A DNA stretch of 63,779 bases, filler included, from Psammoneis japonica (taxonomy: Eukaryota): the NCBI GenBank assembly GCA_008632985.1. It is 4 parts of 4 records of this genome, joined end to end, with 100 filler letters (N's around TTAATTAATTAA, not from the genome) between each part and the next. Parts side by side here need not be neighbours in the genome. Positions count along the whole stretch, not along the records: positions 34,858 to 51,914 come from QPGO01000479.1; positions 52,015 to 63,779 come from QPGO01000514.1; 2 more parts are not named here. One strand, 5' to 3'. This document shows, one piece after another, positions 41,492 to 54,350 of the stretch (its first letter is position 1; each line of letters begins with the position of its first letter). The notes under the pieces were generated by a model. It saw nothing but the letters and a program-made list of their open reading frames with translations, was not told the origin of the DNA and did not search any database. The translations under genes were made by a program, and so were the position numbers.

Positions 41492-44300
41492 TTAGGGCAC
41501 AGGTGGTAGAGAATAGCGTGCATTCGTCTCATCATGTTGTCTTTCACGTAATGAAACGCAACACTACGGGCCGCGCAGTGATCTAAACCAAACTTGATAT
41601 CAATCGAATACATCGCATACCAGTCTTTCTCTGGATTAGGCGGTAACTGGTATTGGTAATGATGACCGGGCTACAATCCGAGTGTTCCAAATCGAAAGAA
41701 CCCGTTAGAGCTGAAATTCAAGAATACAATTGCGTAACACTCGAGCAATGAAAATAGAAACTTACAAGAAAAGGCATGTAGCGTTCACCACCAGCTTCAT
41801 CCTTGGTGTCGTAAGGGAAAACGCCCATCTTCTTAAAGATCCGTGCAACCATGGTGTCCTCGGAGAATGTTTCCAAGTGTGGAAAGTAATTTGGAAAACC
41901 GTTTACGACCAAAGATTTTAGAGCAGCTTTGTTCATCGTGTATCCCGACCCGCCAGAATTGAAAATCTCATCCATGTGTCCCTGGTATGCAAATCTCCTT
42001 CCAAGAAAGAGTGGCGTCTGCATCGTTTCGTCACCCGTCGGGAGCTCATGTCCGCCATTGGAAGCTAGTTTGATTTCTTCACTTTCTAGGTACAGGCGAA
42101 GATTCTCAACAATTAGATACAAGTCATCTCCTCCTATATGGAACCAGTCATAATCTTCGTAGTAATTGTCGTAGATGTAGCTCCAAATCGCTCGGACTTT
42201 CTGCCAAATGTTGTTGTACTTCTCTTCGCCTTCGTGAGGAAGTTCAACAGTTCCGAGTGATCGGTCCGTCTTGGTAGAAGCAACCATGAATCCGTCGCAT
42301 TTCGGGCTGAGGAGCAAAAAGAGTACAGTTAGTTCTCTCAAATGCACAGTCGGAAGGAAGAACATACAGTTTGCACTTACGCCCATGTTTCACGAATACC
42401 AGGGATATTCGGGTGTCCTTTTTCGATGGTGTATACCACACAGAAAATCTTATCTCGTTTCCGCCCGCTTTGTTCGGCTGATTCGTGCGCTTCCAAATCT
42501 ACAAAAACCTTTTCGGTAAGCATCTTGTAGTGCGAGTCGTGATTTGAGCAGCCCTGCTGAAGTTTTTTGTTAAAGTAGGGTGGCGGATCGCGTCGTAAAG
42601 CCGTTTCATCGTGACGATAGCCCCAGTTTCCGTTCTCATCTTTCGCCCCCATGTGCGGGTGCTGCTTGTGACCTCCAGATACATCTACATAGCCAATATC
42701 AATAGGAGTAGCCTTCTGAACAATTTCCAAGTTCACAGCGCTGAGAGGCTTTGAAGGTTTTCTACCCTTTGCTGTTACGCTTTGAGCCTCGCCAATTGCG
42801 TCTGGTTTCATGGAGAACTGGTCTGCAAACCATGAAAAGGATCTGCATTTGTGTTGAAGGCCACTCGGGAAAGAGTGCGAATCTTTCGCAGTCGAAAGTA
42901 GCCTTCTCCATTCGGCAGCAGACGATACATCAGAGCGAGCCTGAAAGACTTCATTAGCATGAGCCTCGTCCATCCACGCGGCAGCAAAGCGTGCCGCTTC
43001 AGCCGCTGATGAAATATGTTCGGCCTGTTCCGGCGTCGACCCTTGAGGCGGCACAACATGTACTTGAGTCAAGACATCGATTCCATCGGCACAAAGCCAT
43101 AGATTCAGCGAAAGGTCCAAATCAGAAGCCCATGCAGTCTCGAGTGACATATCTTGAGAAGGGAGATCCATGTAGGTCTCCAGCCGAAGTGCGGTTGCCA
43201 CGCCATCCACCACAGGAGAAGGATAAGAGTTGCCATTGTCCAACGCCAAGTCTGCTCCAGTGGCCGCAGACTTCGCTTCTTCAAGGCAAAATCAAAAGAC
43301 GTTTGCTCCATAGAATTTGACCCTTCAACGGAAAACGACACGGCATTCGAAAGTTTTTGCGCGACGGCGTGATCCACCTCTGCAATAATCGGCGGAGGAA
43401 CAATTAACGCTGAAGTGATTGGTTTCAACCAAGTGTGGTCTTGTAATGTTGCCCCCTGTTGCAATAATACCAAAATAAGATCTTCTTCCTGTGACTTTAG
43501 CCGGATACTTCGTGCTTTTTCGCCAATAGGTTCACAAAATCGACGGCATCAGAGCGTGAAGCAGCCATCCCCTGTTTTTCTTTGGAAAACAGAACATGAA
43601 CTTTGCCAGTGTGTCTATCCTTATCGTCTTCTTTCATCGGCTCCTCGTGCACATGTGGTCTCAATCCATGCCTAGTATGGTTTTGGTGATAAAACAAAAG
43701 TGTGTCAAATAAGCCATACCTGCGCGAAGTGGCATTAGCATTTAGAACGCAACATTTGGAAGCTTACCAATGCGGAACAGAACCTTCGTCTATGTAGTTT
43801 AGTCTTGACACAAGGGTCTCGTCACTTTCGATACCATCCATAACAGCACACACGAGAAACAGCCGATTTCGATCCGTATTTCTGTCGTCGTAAAAGCAAG
43901 AGATTCAGCGTCAGGAAACTTCAACTCAGAATTGACATGAAACATACCGATTTTTTTGTCATGCTCACCGAAACACACTCTCAACCGACGTTGCTACTTT
44001 CTCTGCATCATCCCCAACAATGACAAATGCTACACGAGGATGCGTAGGAGAGTACCCAAGTATATCCACTCGATTGAGAATGTTATGGATCATAGTCTTG
44101 CCGGGCGCAACAACGGATGCTGAATTCGATCTCACTCCGCCTCCGCCCGGAGACGAAGCGCTGAACAACGCCATAATAACCAACGGCCAGACGCACGCAA
44201 GAAGAAGAAAGAGCCGTGCTTTTGTCGCATCACTGAAGTCATCTTGCGGAAGACCCCGTGCCCTTGATGTGCGACGCTGTGGAGGACGACGGCTCGCCAT
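41492..44300 (-). CDS. Multi-exon glycosyltransferase: degenerate ppGalNAc-T (GT27)-like domain plus C1GALT1/T-synthase-like GT31 beta-1,3-galactosyltransferase domain
   Basis: ATG 44300 and TM anchor. C-terminal ETW..KCDG, WQKVR, DYDWFHIGGDD, FNSGGSGY, EDT and FHY motifs. N-terminal WLKP, LNLWLC, AWMDE and CRSFSWF. Several GT-AG introns and one apparent frameshift at ~43255. Confidence 0.82.
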
Positions 44301-44796
44301 GGTCGACACTTCGTTTTTTTTTCGGTGTCGGCCAGAAAATGACCGCGGCAGGAATGAGAGGCGTGAGTACTTGCCTTTTCGTACCTGTCTACATACGAAA
44401 GATCGTACCGAATATTCAGTACTGATGAGGCGTAGGCCCTACAGCCAGACTTCCAGCCCGCCCGCCCAGATCATATCAAATCAGATTGACAACGATCCTG
44501 AATTGCATGGATGGTTGAATGCACACGGAAAGCAAAAGGCAGAAGCGAAGAAGAGGAAACATTTTAAGGTATGCTACAGCACTAAGTCATTCTCTACGTA
44601 GCTCTAGAGTAGGTACGAGAAGTAGAGATTCTTCTATAGTGTGATGCGTACAACTAAAGCAAGGCTGGTGCAACTTACGCTTCGTTCATTTTTTGTAGAG
44701 TACAAAAGCATTCAACTCAAAGCTCGTCAATAAGTCTGTAGTAGACTAGAGGATAGGATGGTTGAAGCCTCTGCATTGGTGAAATGGTTTGCCAAT

Positions 44797-46943
44797 CTAC
44801 CAGTTGAGCTGCATAATCCAATCACGGCATTCAAGGGACTGACGATCGAACAAATATCCTGTCCTCTTCATCTTGTCTCCTGGGTCACTGAGTAGTCTCA
44901 GAATAGAGACAGCATTTTCGTCACAAGCCTCGAGGAGAGAAAGAAGTTCGGGGTGGTCGACGGCATCCACGATCCAATAGTTGTACGTTGTAATGCCAGG
45001 CACTTCTTGAGTGTAACGTAGGTACTTGGTAACTCCATGTCGAAGCTGAAAGAGAGACTGTAGCACAGCAGGAACCAACTTTGAAAGAGGTGTACTACTC
45101 CAGCTGGAAGGATGGGTGCTGGACGACAACTCACAGACAACCAGCCGGGCAACACTTATCACCGCATATGAAGCACAAACCAAAGCTCCTGGTGGCAATG
45201 CCCATGTGGCGAATGATGAAGAGTGACTCTTGGGAACAGAATGCGGAGGATTGAAGGTATACGGCTGCGCACAAGAAACCAAAGTCCGGCCCAATCCACA
45301 AATATGGGCACAAAGCGCCCGTACTAATACAACCGACATGCGTTCGCCTTCAAACACATCCTTGCAGTTTACCCAGTACCGCACATTGTAGACATGGCCT
45401 TCCAACTCAGGGTCAGACAAAGGCAAAACGGTCCCGCCAATTGACTCGAGGAGGAGCACTCGTAGAATGTCTTGCTCCAGGCAAAACTCGTACGCCGCTC
45501 TCATGTTCATGCGCGGAGGTTTTCGTCCGTTGTACACCAGCGTGTTCTCCAGTAGCTCTGCGCACCTATGAACAATTCCAATTCAACCTCTTCCTTGTTT
45601 CCTTGCACTTGAGAAGAATCAACAATAGAACGAATGCACTCCTCGTTTCCGTGCAGAATAGAAGACACCAACACATCCATGCAGAGGTACGGCGTGACAT
45701 GGTGATGAACGTCGTAGACGAGATCTGGCAAACTCAAGCCACGGACGCAGAGACTCATGCGGTAGGCTTCATCTGTAATGGTCAAGTAGCAGGTTACAAG
45801 TGCCGAAAATACAAAGCAAGTGGATCCCAAACGTAGGACCTGGCCCCAAGAATGATACAATGATGAATCATCGCTTGCCGCAGTCGGTCCAAGCCAAAAG
45901 GCCACAATGGTCGCAATCATAGTGAGAAAGACGATTTTGGCCAATTTGTACACACCATGTTTCACCATGTACAAGAGCTTGAAATTGTTGTTGTAGTATG
46001 GCATGGGGTTGAGTTCATGTGACACACCGTCGAGGGTCGTAAACAAAAGTTGAATGACGCAGGTCAAGATACTCGTGACAAACAATGCGGTCTTGAGCAA
46101 GTCGTCGTGAGTTGGTCCCGCCAAGAAAAATACAATCATTCCACAAAGAATGGCAAAGAAGAATTGTGTGGGTTGTTGGTATTTGAATGTAGGCTGCTGG
46201 TATCTTTTTTGCGGCATTTGACTGGCAACTGGCGATCGAAGCAGAACGCCGGGAGGATCCGTCGGGCCCGCAATTAGGTCTAGAATGGCATCTAGTGTTT
46301 TCAATCTTGCCCAAAAGAAGAGAGCCTTGATGTCGCGGGGTTGATAATAGTGGAGAAGCGGAACACCGGACTAAGCAAACGGAGCGCGAGTTCAAAGAGA
46401 GTGAGAAAACGAATTTAGAGTTTATCATGGAAGAAGCAACACCCTCAAAGGGCAACGTACCAACCGAGGTCCATCCAACAAAGCGTAGCAAAACAGTAAG
46501 GCCCATAATCAACGCGGTCATCGAAAACCGAAAGACGGCTGCGTATGGAATGTATGGGACGGCACTGCATCCCATTTCTCCAAACACAAAGACAAGAACG
46601 GGTGAAGCGAGGTACCGAGTCAGAAAGATACTGACAGCGACACAACCCAGAAGCCAAGCGAGTCTCCCTCGATTCCATACTCTATCTCTTTCTTGAGGAG
46701 AAGGCGCGCCATTGGTTGAATCGTCGACCGAACCGAAACGTACATTGCCACCGTAAGGACGATCGTGAATATTCCGTGGTTTCGCGTAAACAAGTTGAGG
46801 AGCGTGACAAACGCTTGTGCAAAAAGAGGCAGGGCACAAATCACCAATGGAGGGGCGAGCCAAACAATCCAAAGCCGCTTGTAGGTGACCACCATGGCCG
46901 CCACAAGAGCGTCAGTGAGCAGTTCCGGTGATGGCTTGTCCAT
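44797..46943 (-). CDS. Hypothetical multi-pass membrane protein (topology weakly reminiscent of nucleoporin Ndc1)
   Basis: Chain of ORFs (46620-46943, 46015-46872, 45507-46304, 44797-45537) with several hydrophobic helices then a soluble C-terminus; normal TpA/Tyr content. Exon structure unresolved. Confidence 0.5.
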
Positions 46944-47228
46944 GGTCGATATTATGTTACTGTATGTACGTTGCGTGTTGCGCTGTTGTCCGTCTGTGCT
47001 GTGTGTGTCTCCCCCCTGCCCTGACCCCAAACGGACCGGGGACGGACGGGTAAGACGAAGTCGGGTACGGTGGGCGGGTACCGGTAGTGGGTAGGTCGGG
47101 CGGTAATGATGACGATGGTGCGATGAGACATGAGACCGACGATGGCGAGCAGCGGCGGTAAGAGTTACAGCAACACCACACAACACCGCCTTCGAGTTGT
47201 CAGCCATCATTTCCGCTTTACGAACAAA

Positions 47229-48720
47229 ATGCCACCGCAAGAAGCATTGCTTAGTGCAGAGGCACAACGCGAGTCGTTGAGAGAACCTCTAGTAGTTACT
47301 TCAGCACAGAACGACGAACCGGAAACAGATCGCAGCCCCAACTTTCGCTGGATCCTCTCCTATACTCTGTTTGCGTTTACTGGAAGAGCAGCTTGGTATC
47401 AAAGTGTGCTAAGTACATATTGCTACTTGCTTCGGAATGACAATCCTGAATCGGTCGGCTTCATCACGTCCGTCATGGGAATATGCCAACTCTTGGCATC
47501 GATACCAACTGGCATTGTCGCTGATCGGTTGAGTCCATCTCATGGAAGACGTCGGGATTTGTTGCTTAGAAGTGCTGCTGTGATTGGATTGACTGCAGTT
47601 GGAATGACTTCGTTTTCAGTTTATAGAGAGAGCTACATGCTCCTTGCCTCCGCGTTGGCGCTGTGGGGTTTAGTGTACGGTGTGGTCAATACAGCCTTGA
47701 CTGCAATGTTTGCAGATTCGATTGATAACGGGGAACGTTCAAAATGCTTTACACAGCGCTCAATACTGATCAAGCTGGGTAATACCATGGGCCCTACTGT
47801 GTCTTTGGTTCTCTTTGCCTTCCTGGGAGACAAGTGGTCGATTCGGGACTGTTCGATCGTCATGGTGGTAGGACAGGTGATTTGTTTGCCCTGCATTGTC
47901 CTCTTGTGCTGCACCAGCGATAGGCATGTGGTTCTCCCTGTTGATTCCTTGGAAGAATCATGCGAGCCGAACGACACCATGGACGTCGCTTCACCGAGCA
48001 ACAACTTTTGTACGACTCACGTCGACATGAATACCTTGAATGATTCGCCTCCTTCGTTGTTGCTACCGTCACCAAACTCTGCAGAGTCGAACGAAACGGA
48101 GGATGACGATTTGATGGCATATTTTGAATCTGATGGCGACAAAAATCGACAGTTCCTTCCTGATTTCGAGCATACCGGACGAGTCACAGTTTGAAGGGTT
48201 GCATGAAGAGCGCGGCTGGTTTTGCGTTTGCCAAGGACGGATGATTCCGATATTGGTGGCTGTAGCAGGCATCATTTCAGGATTGAACTCCGGTGTATCG
48301 GTTCGCTATTTCCCTATTTTCTGTAATGAAAAGTTGGAGACTCGGACCAGCAATTGTTCAAGTGCTGGGATTGCTTGTCAACTCGCCGGCGCGATGATTT
48401 CACACCTTGCTCAGCATTGGTCTTTGAAGATCGGCCGGTGTTGTGTGATTTGCATTTACAAATGGAAAGGGCGAGTACGCATGGTTTCCATGAGTGCATC
48501 CCACAAATGTCGCAGCTTACCTGGTGCACTTGTGTTTGGCACATTTGCGGACATCCTTTATGAACTCGACGTCTGCTCTCACCAAGAGTGTCATAATGTA
48601 TGGTGCAACATATGATGAACGTGGCAAGTGGAGTGCGCTTGAGTCCGTAACATGTTTCCCTGGTTGGGCAGTGCAGCCTTGGATGGAATCATGGTGTTTC
48701 GTTGAGAACTTTCGAATTTG
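47229..48720 (+). CDS. Major facilitator superfamily transporter (3' half frameshifted; possible pseudogene)
   Basis: TM helices; motif-A-like GIVADRL..RR; 'AMFADSI..GERS'. The second half continues in shifted frames (48124-48615, 48494-48721). Confidence 0.7.
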
Positions 48721-49216
48721 ATCAGGCTCTGCTATCTGGATGTGTTGTTCATCCACAATTCTCTACGATCGTGTCAGCATAGAGAGCCGATAGTCGGCGA
48801 AGGCTGAAGGACTAAATCAACAACACCCCCTTCTGTATATTGTCTTCATGTAAATTGAAAGACAGGCGTGCCTCGACAACACGCCCCTACTGAGATTTGA
48901 AGAAACTTGTGCACAACGCAGAGTATAACTAAATGCGTCTTATTCGCACACAATGGTGCCTTTTCTTCTGTTCTATATGATGCATCTCGGAAACAAAAGC
49001 GTATCCAGCTATCCCAACATCTAGGTTCTTCTTCATCCGCTGGAAGCAAAGTTTATAGTCCGTATTGACATCATTGATAATGGCTCCCTTCGGCATATCT
49101 CACACTAACTAATGGGTGCATGCTTTAGATAGAAACTGTAGGTAGACTAGAGCAGAGCTAGCTAGAGTGTGTCTTTTTATCTTTTCTCTGTATGCTGGTT
49201 ATCTCTACCCATCTCA

Positions 49217-49620
49217 TTACTCCAGGAGCATGGACCTGAGTTGGTCTACCTTCTGAAGTGCTTCGTCATACTTCATGCGGTTTTTGCTATCAGGTTTGAG
49301 GAGCCCAATAACAATGTTTACCAATAAATCGCCTGCTTCGTGGAGATCATTACCGGTGTCAAAAGCCGAGCCGAAAAAACCAAATTTACCGCGGATCTGC
49401 TGTTCCATCGCTGCTCGATCCAATCCGGTGTAGTCCGCTTTCGATTGTGCTACAATTTGGGACGTGTTCAATGGCGTGCCACGAAACTTGGGAGGCCGCT
49501 CTCCAGACATCAGCTCGCCAATAATGATTCCCATGGAGAATTCATCAGGATACTTGTCCTTTTCATCGAGCGGCTTGTATCCAGGTGTTCCCACGTTTGC
49601 CGAGAACGATGTCGTTAGAG
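49217..49620 (-). pseudogene. C-terminal fragment of a Ser/Thr protein kinase, 5'-truncated by a copia relic
   Basis: GTPGY (VIII), DEFSMGIIIGELMSGERP (IX), LLKPDSKNRM (XI). The upstream sequence is copia RT. Confidence 0.65.
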
Positions 49621-51914
49621 ACACTGCACCAGAATGCACACTGTCGACGGGTGTGTCAGTGAGGTGTGTCCATCAGCAACAAGGCGTGCTTTGTGTCTGC
49701 CGTCATGCTTGACATTGCAAACAAGGTGCACCCGGATCTTCTTGTGTCCTGCTGGTGCGCTGGAGTCCTTGTGGTGTCCGCAGTCATGGAAGACCTCGCA
49801 CTCATTGAGTTGAGTCATCTCGAGATCTTTGTGTCTCCCCACTTGTGGTTGCCATTTTGTTCGTTGAGGGCCAAGGCATGCCTGCAATCCCACGGTGCTT
49901 TGCATCTGCACTTGCATCATGGTGCAGTGCAAAATGAGCAAAGCTTGGCTTGATTGGCCATGTGGAGTTGTTTCTTCTGATGCAGAGCTGTCTTGCAAAA
50001 GTGCTTCCATCCATCAGTTTTGAGGAGGCCATGCTCACGTGCACAGATGGCACAGGTGATGGGATCATCCTTGGCAATGATGGCAAGGGGCTCAGACGTG
50101 ATCTCCCCATGTTCCCATTCAAGCATGACTTGGCAGCTTGACCCTTTCCAGAGGGGTCGTGAGGTCTCAACAGCCCTTCATGCAACACAATGCAGCAAAA
50201 TTTCCAGATGGCTGTGTCATCTTCTTCCTGCTCCATGTGATGCATGATGTTGTTGTGGGCAAGGATCTCTTTGTGTTTGTCATTGTTGACTGAACAAATG
50301 AATTTGACCAGGTCAGGGTTGTCACTGATCTCCCAGTCGTGGTCCTCAACAGCTTTGATGATGCAGGCTCTGTGACACTGTCTGTCCTCTTGTGGGTTCA
50401 CGAGAAAGGTGCACCCGACAATGTTGTTGGGGTCAAAGACTGGCATCTCAGGCATCCTGATCTCCTCCCCATCTGATGAATTGGGCAAATCTTCAGAGTC
50501 ATGGTGGGATTTGATGATGGGTGCAGCAGACTCCCCATCAGGAGGATCAAGACACAAGTTGCATGTCAACAATTCGCTGGCAGCGGGGTGGACATCAGAC
50601 CAGTGCAGAATCTTCTGAGTGTCGTCAGAGAGAATCTTGAAGGTCATTTGATGGCCCACATGTTCAGCAATGCCAACAAAGTGACCACGCAGCTTGCAGG
50701 ATTCAGACGGCCAGCCCCAGTTGTCCAGGTGGCAGTGCATGGGTTCCCACCATTGAAAGCAGAGGAGGGGGCTGATGTTGGGAGCAGAGCCAGACAACAC
50801 TTCGGCAGGGGTGCACCAGCGGAGCTTGGCAGAAGCCGTGTGGTTGAGCAAGAAGCACACGCACATGAGAGCAAGCAGCCAGNGCAGGCCAGAGCAATCC
50901 ATGATGGCATTGGCCATGTTCTTCATGGTTTGGTGACAGTGCTCAGCAAAGTTCTGATGCTGTTGATGGGGCTCACTTTGCCAGCCAGAAATGAAGAGAG
51001 CATGCGGGATGCCAAGGACCTTGATGCTGATCTCAACTTGAGCATGAACTCTGATGAGCTTGGACAGAGCACCGCAGTTGTGAATGTTGTCCTCAAGGGC
51101 ATTGACAAATTCCTTGTCTGTCTTGGTGCCGCACACATTGGTGATGAGTGATTCCATGCCAATGAAGAGCTGTGCACTGGTGCAGCCAGAGTCAATGGCG
51201 GGGGTGTCGGAGTGCACTGTGTCAGTGGCGACGGGTTTGTTGCAGTGACAGATGTTGAGAGCCGGGTTGAATGACTTGTGCACCTTTTTCTGGTGGGTGT
51301 TGGCAGGCATGTGAGCGTGTTGGGTCGCACAATCAAAAGTGCAATGAACAGTGTCCTTTGGGAGGAAGCCAAAATGGGGGTGCAATTGGGTGCAATTTCA
51401 TGCTCATGGCATTCGTGGAAGAAGTCACAGGTCGGCAGGATGTGATGATCGAGCACAGGGTCCACAAGCACGGCATTGTTGACAATGTGATGGTGATGAC
51501 GGTTGCCAAACTCGTCAAAGAGATTGGCAGTGGGATCATCCTGGAGGTCTGACACAGTGTCGCACCATTTCTTGTCATCGGCGAACTGGTGGTTGAGTGG
51601 CGGATGGGTCCCAGGTGTTGTCGCCAGTGAGGATGACATGAGGCAGGTCGTCCCATTCAGCATCAGTGTGCAGGCAAATGGCAATGCAAGGCAGGCCACC
51701 TTTGATGTTGATGGGAATGACATGGCCATCAATGGTGGTGATGCACTGCAACCCATTGGTGGGGACCTTGATGGACCGATCATTGACACCGTGCTTGTGC
51801 CACTCGAGCTGGCCACAGGAATGGATGGTCTTGCCCTTTCCAGTGCAAGCGCACTGGTGAAGGATGGCAATGACAGGACCACATTGCATGTGGATGACAC
51901 CACCGGCAGTGACA
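49621..51914 (-). mobile_element. Decayed copy of the same copia family as 5444-12547 (post-protease region, integrase, RT start)
   Basis: Collinear peptides: GKGKTIHSCGQLEW, SDLQDDPTANLFDE, WQSEPHQQHQNFAE, VGIAEHVGHQMTFKIL, GHKKIRVHLV. Confidence 0.93.
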
Positions 51915-52014
51915 NNNNNNNNNNNNNNNNNNNNNNNNNNNNNNNNNNNNNNNNNNNNTTAATTAATTAANNNNNNNNNNNNNNNNNNNNNNNNNNNNNN
52001 NNNNNNNNNNNNNN
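51915..52014. other. Assembly gap with artificial linker
   Basis: N-run containing TTAATTAATTAA at 51959-51970. Confidence 0.95.
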
Positions 52015-52140
52015 TGAGAAACCTCAGAAGGAGGAATGAACAGTTGTGCCAGCACCAAAAGGTGCAGATCCACCTGTTGCTGCACCTGCTGGCACTGTGC
52101 ATTCATCTCCAGGTGATTCCTGGAGGACACACATGTCTCT

Positions 52141-52830
52141 TTGTCATGTGCTGGACATTCAGATGGTGAAGCAACCAACGACTTGGACTTGCATGCTGAT
52201 GCATGTGCTGTTGGGTCCAATTTTGTCATGTGCTCTGATGTCGACTGCACTGTTGCAGCACATCCTTGCTCCGAAGAGTGCGCACCAATGAGGAGTGTTC
52301 CCATTTGCACAGCTGCTGCCATGTGGGTTGATCCAACCAATGGACAGCCACACCTGCTGCCAGTCCATGAGGCTGTGTTTTTTGGGGACAGAATGACTGA
52401 CACCCTGCTGTGCCCCAGCCAACTGCGAGCGAATGGACTGACTGTCCATGACACCCCTTGCCAGTTTGACCCCAACAGTGCACACTCTGTTGTTTTCCCT
52501 GACTCGAAAATCAGGGTGCCTTTGCACATGCGAGGTGTTGTTTTGGTCTTTGACTCACATGAGCCAACTCAGAAGGATCCAGAGAACCTCCCCTGGCTGG
52601 AACTCACATCACCCCCCAGATGGGAACCTTGTGTTGATGCCATGGTGCAAAAGGAGGAAGAGTGCACATGTGCCAGTGTGCGCCAATGACAAGCGAAGTC
52701 AGACAGACAGTTGACAATGATGAATGCAACCAGGTGTGTCGCTTCAGTTCATTTGTGTCAGACGTCCCATCACAATGAGAGGGTCATTGTGGAAGCCAAT
52801 GGCGACAATTCTCTGCATCGCCGCTTGGTT
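52141..52830 (+). pseudogene. Copia protease-region relic
   Basis: DLDLHADACAVGSNF (related to ELDSHADTC), HEAVFFGD, TLLCPSQLRANG. Confidence 0.75.
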
Positions 52831-52834
52831 GCTC

Positions 52835-53700
52835 ATGTCGTTTCAAGGAAAACAAACATGTCGTTTCAAAAAAAAAAAACACGTCGTTTCAAGGAAAACA
52901 AACATGTTGTTTCAAGGAAAACAAACGTGTTGTTTCAAGGAAAAAAACAAGTCTTTTCAAGGAAAACAAACATGTTGTTTCAAGGAAGGAAAACAAACAA
53001 GTTCTTTCAAGGAAAACAAACATGTCTTTTTGATGAAAACAAACATGTCTTTTCAAGGAAAACAAGCATGTCTTTTCAAGGAACACAAACATGTTGTTTC
53101 AAGGAAAACAAATGAGTCGTTGCAAGGAAAACAAAAAAGTTGTTGCAAGGAAAACAAAAAAGTTGTTGCAAGGAAAACAAACATGTCTTTTCAAGGAAAA
53201 CAAACACGTCATTTCAAGGAAAACAAACATGCTGTTTCAAGGAAAACAAACATGTTGTTTCAAGGAAAATGATCATGTTGTTTCAAGGAAAACAAACATG
53301 TCATTTCAAGGAAAACAAACAAACACATCTTTTTGACGAAAACAAACATGTCTTTTCAAGGAAAACAAACACGTCTTTTCAAGGAACACAAACATGTTGT
53401 TTCAAGGAAAACAAATGAGTTGTTGCAAGAAAAACAAACAAGTTGCAAGGAAAACAAAAAGTTGTTGCAAAGAAAACAAACATGTCTTTTCAAGTTGCAA
53501 GGAAAACAAAAAAGTTGTTGCAAGGAAAACAAACATTTCTTTTCAAGGAAAACAAACATGTCATTTCAAGGAAAACAAACGTGTTGTTTCAAGGAAAACA
53601 AATGTGTTCTTTCAAGGAAAACAAACGTGTTCTTTCAAGGAAAACAAACATGTTCTTTCAAGGAAAACAAACAAGTGTCATTTCAAGGAAAACAAACACG
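52835..53700 (+). repeat. 23-bp tandem array (TTTCAAGGAAAACAAACATGTTG)n
   Basis: Direct inspection; 23-aa periodic translations KENKHVVSRKTNMLFQGKQTCCF. Confidence 0.95.
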
Positions 53701-53919
53701 CAAAAAGAAAAAAAGAGAAAATCTGCTGGCAGCGCTGCCAGCGAAACATGTTGCTCACAATGCCTCTGGCACATGGAGCACATTTCCATGATGCTGTGTT
53801 GCTGAGATTAGCACCGTGTTGTGCTTGCAGCCTGCTCTTGGTTTGCTTGGAGAGGGAAGGCAGATGCAATGTTCCCAACGAATGTGCTGGGGATGGCTTT
53901 GCTCTTGGAATTTGGTTGG

Positions 53920-54350
53920 ACAACCAATGGCCACAAAACACAAGCTCGACAAGCTCAACATTGAAAAAGAAGAAAAACTTGAGGAGGCTGGTGTTGAGCG
54001 GGACTTGTGGGAAAATCAATGGGGCACAATGCCCTCTCTTCTCAAGCAATTCACAAAATGGGAGAGACATTGCAACATGCCAAGGGGCCACAACGAGGAT
54101 GGGGAGAACCTTGGAAAATGGTCAAGCAACCAACAGGGTGCCACAAGGAAAAGGAAATTTGACACTTCTCTGCAGGAATGACTGAAGAAGGCCAGAGCCA
54201 AGTGGGGCATTCGGGCTGAGCATTGGGAGACTGTGTTTTCTCTTCTCAAACAGTTTGTGGTGCACAAGGGAAGCTGCAAAGTGCCCCAATGTCACAATGA
54301 AAATAGAGAGAGACTTGGACATTTGGCTGGACATGCAAAAGCAAGCATGG
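53920..54350 (+). pseudogene. Relic of two helicase-associated (HA) domain repeats; duplicated at ~59465-59895
   Basis: W..M.SLLKQF...HCNMP..H....LGKW..NQ and WETVFSLLKQF..HKGSCKVP match the HA-domain pattern. Confidence 0.6.

Noticed and set aside
49000..51914. Sequencing or chemistry artefact causing TpA loss
   Set aside because: Affected and unaffected DNA lie on the same contig and the load differs between nested elements. Raw reads should still be checked.
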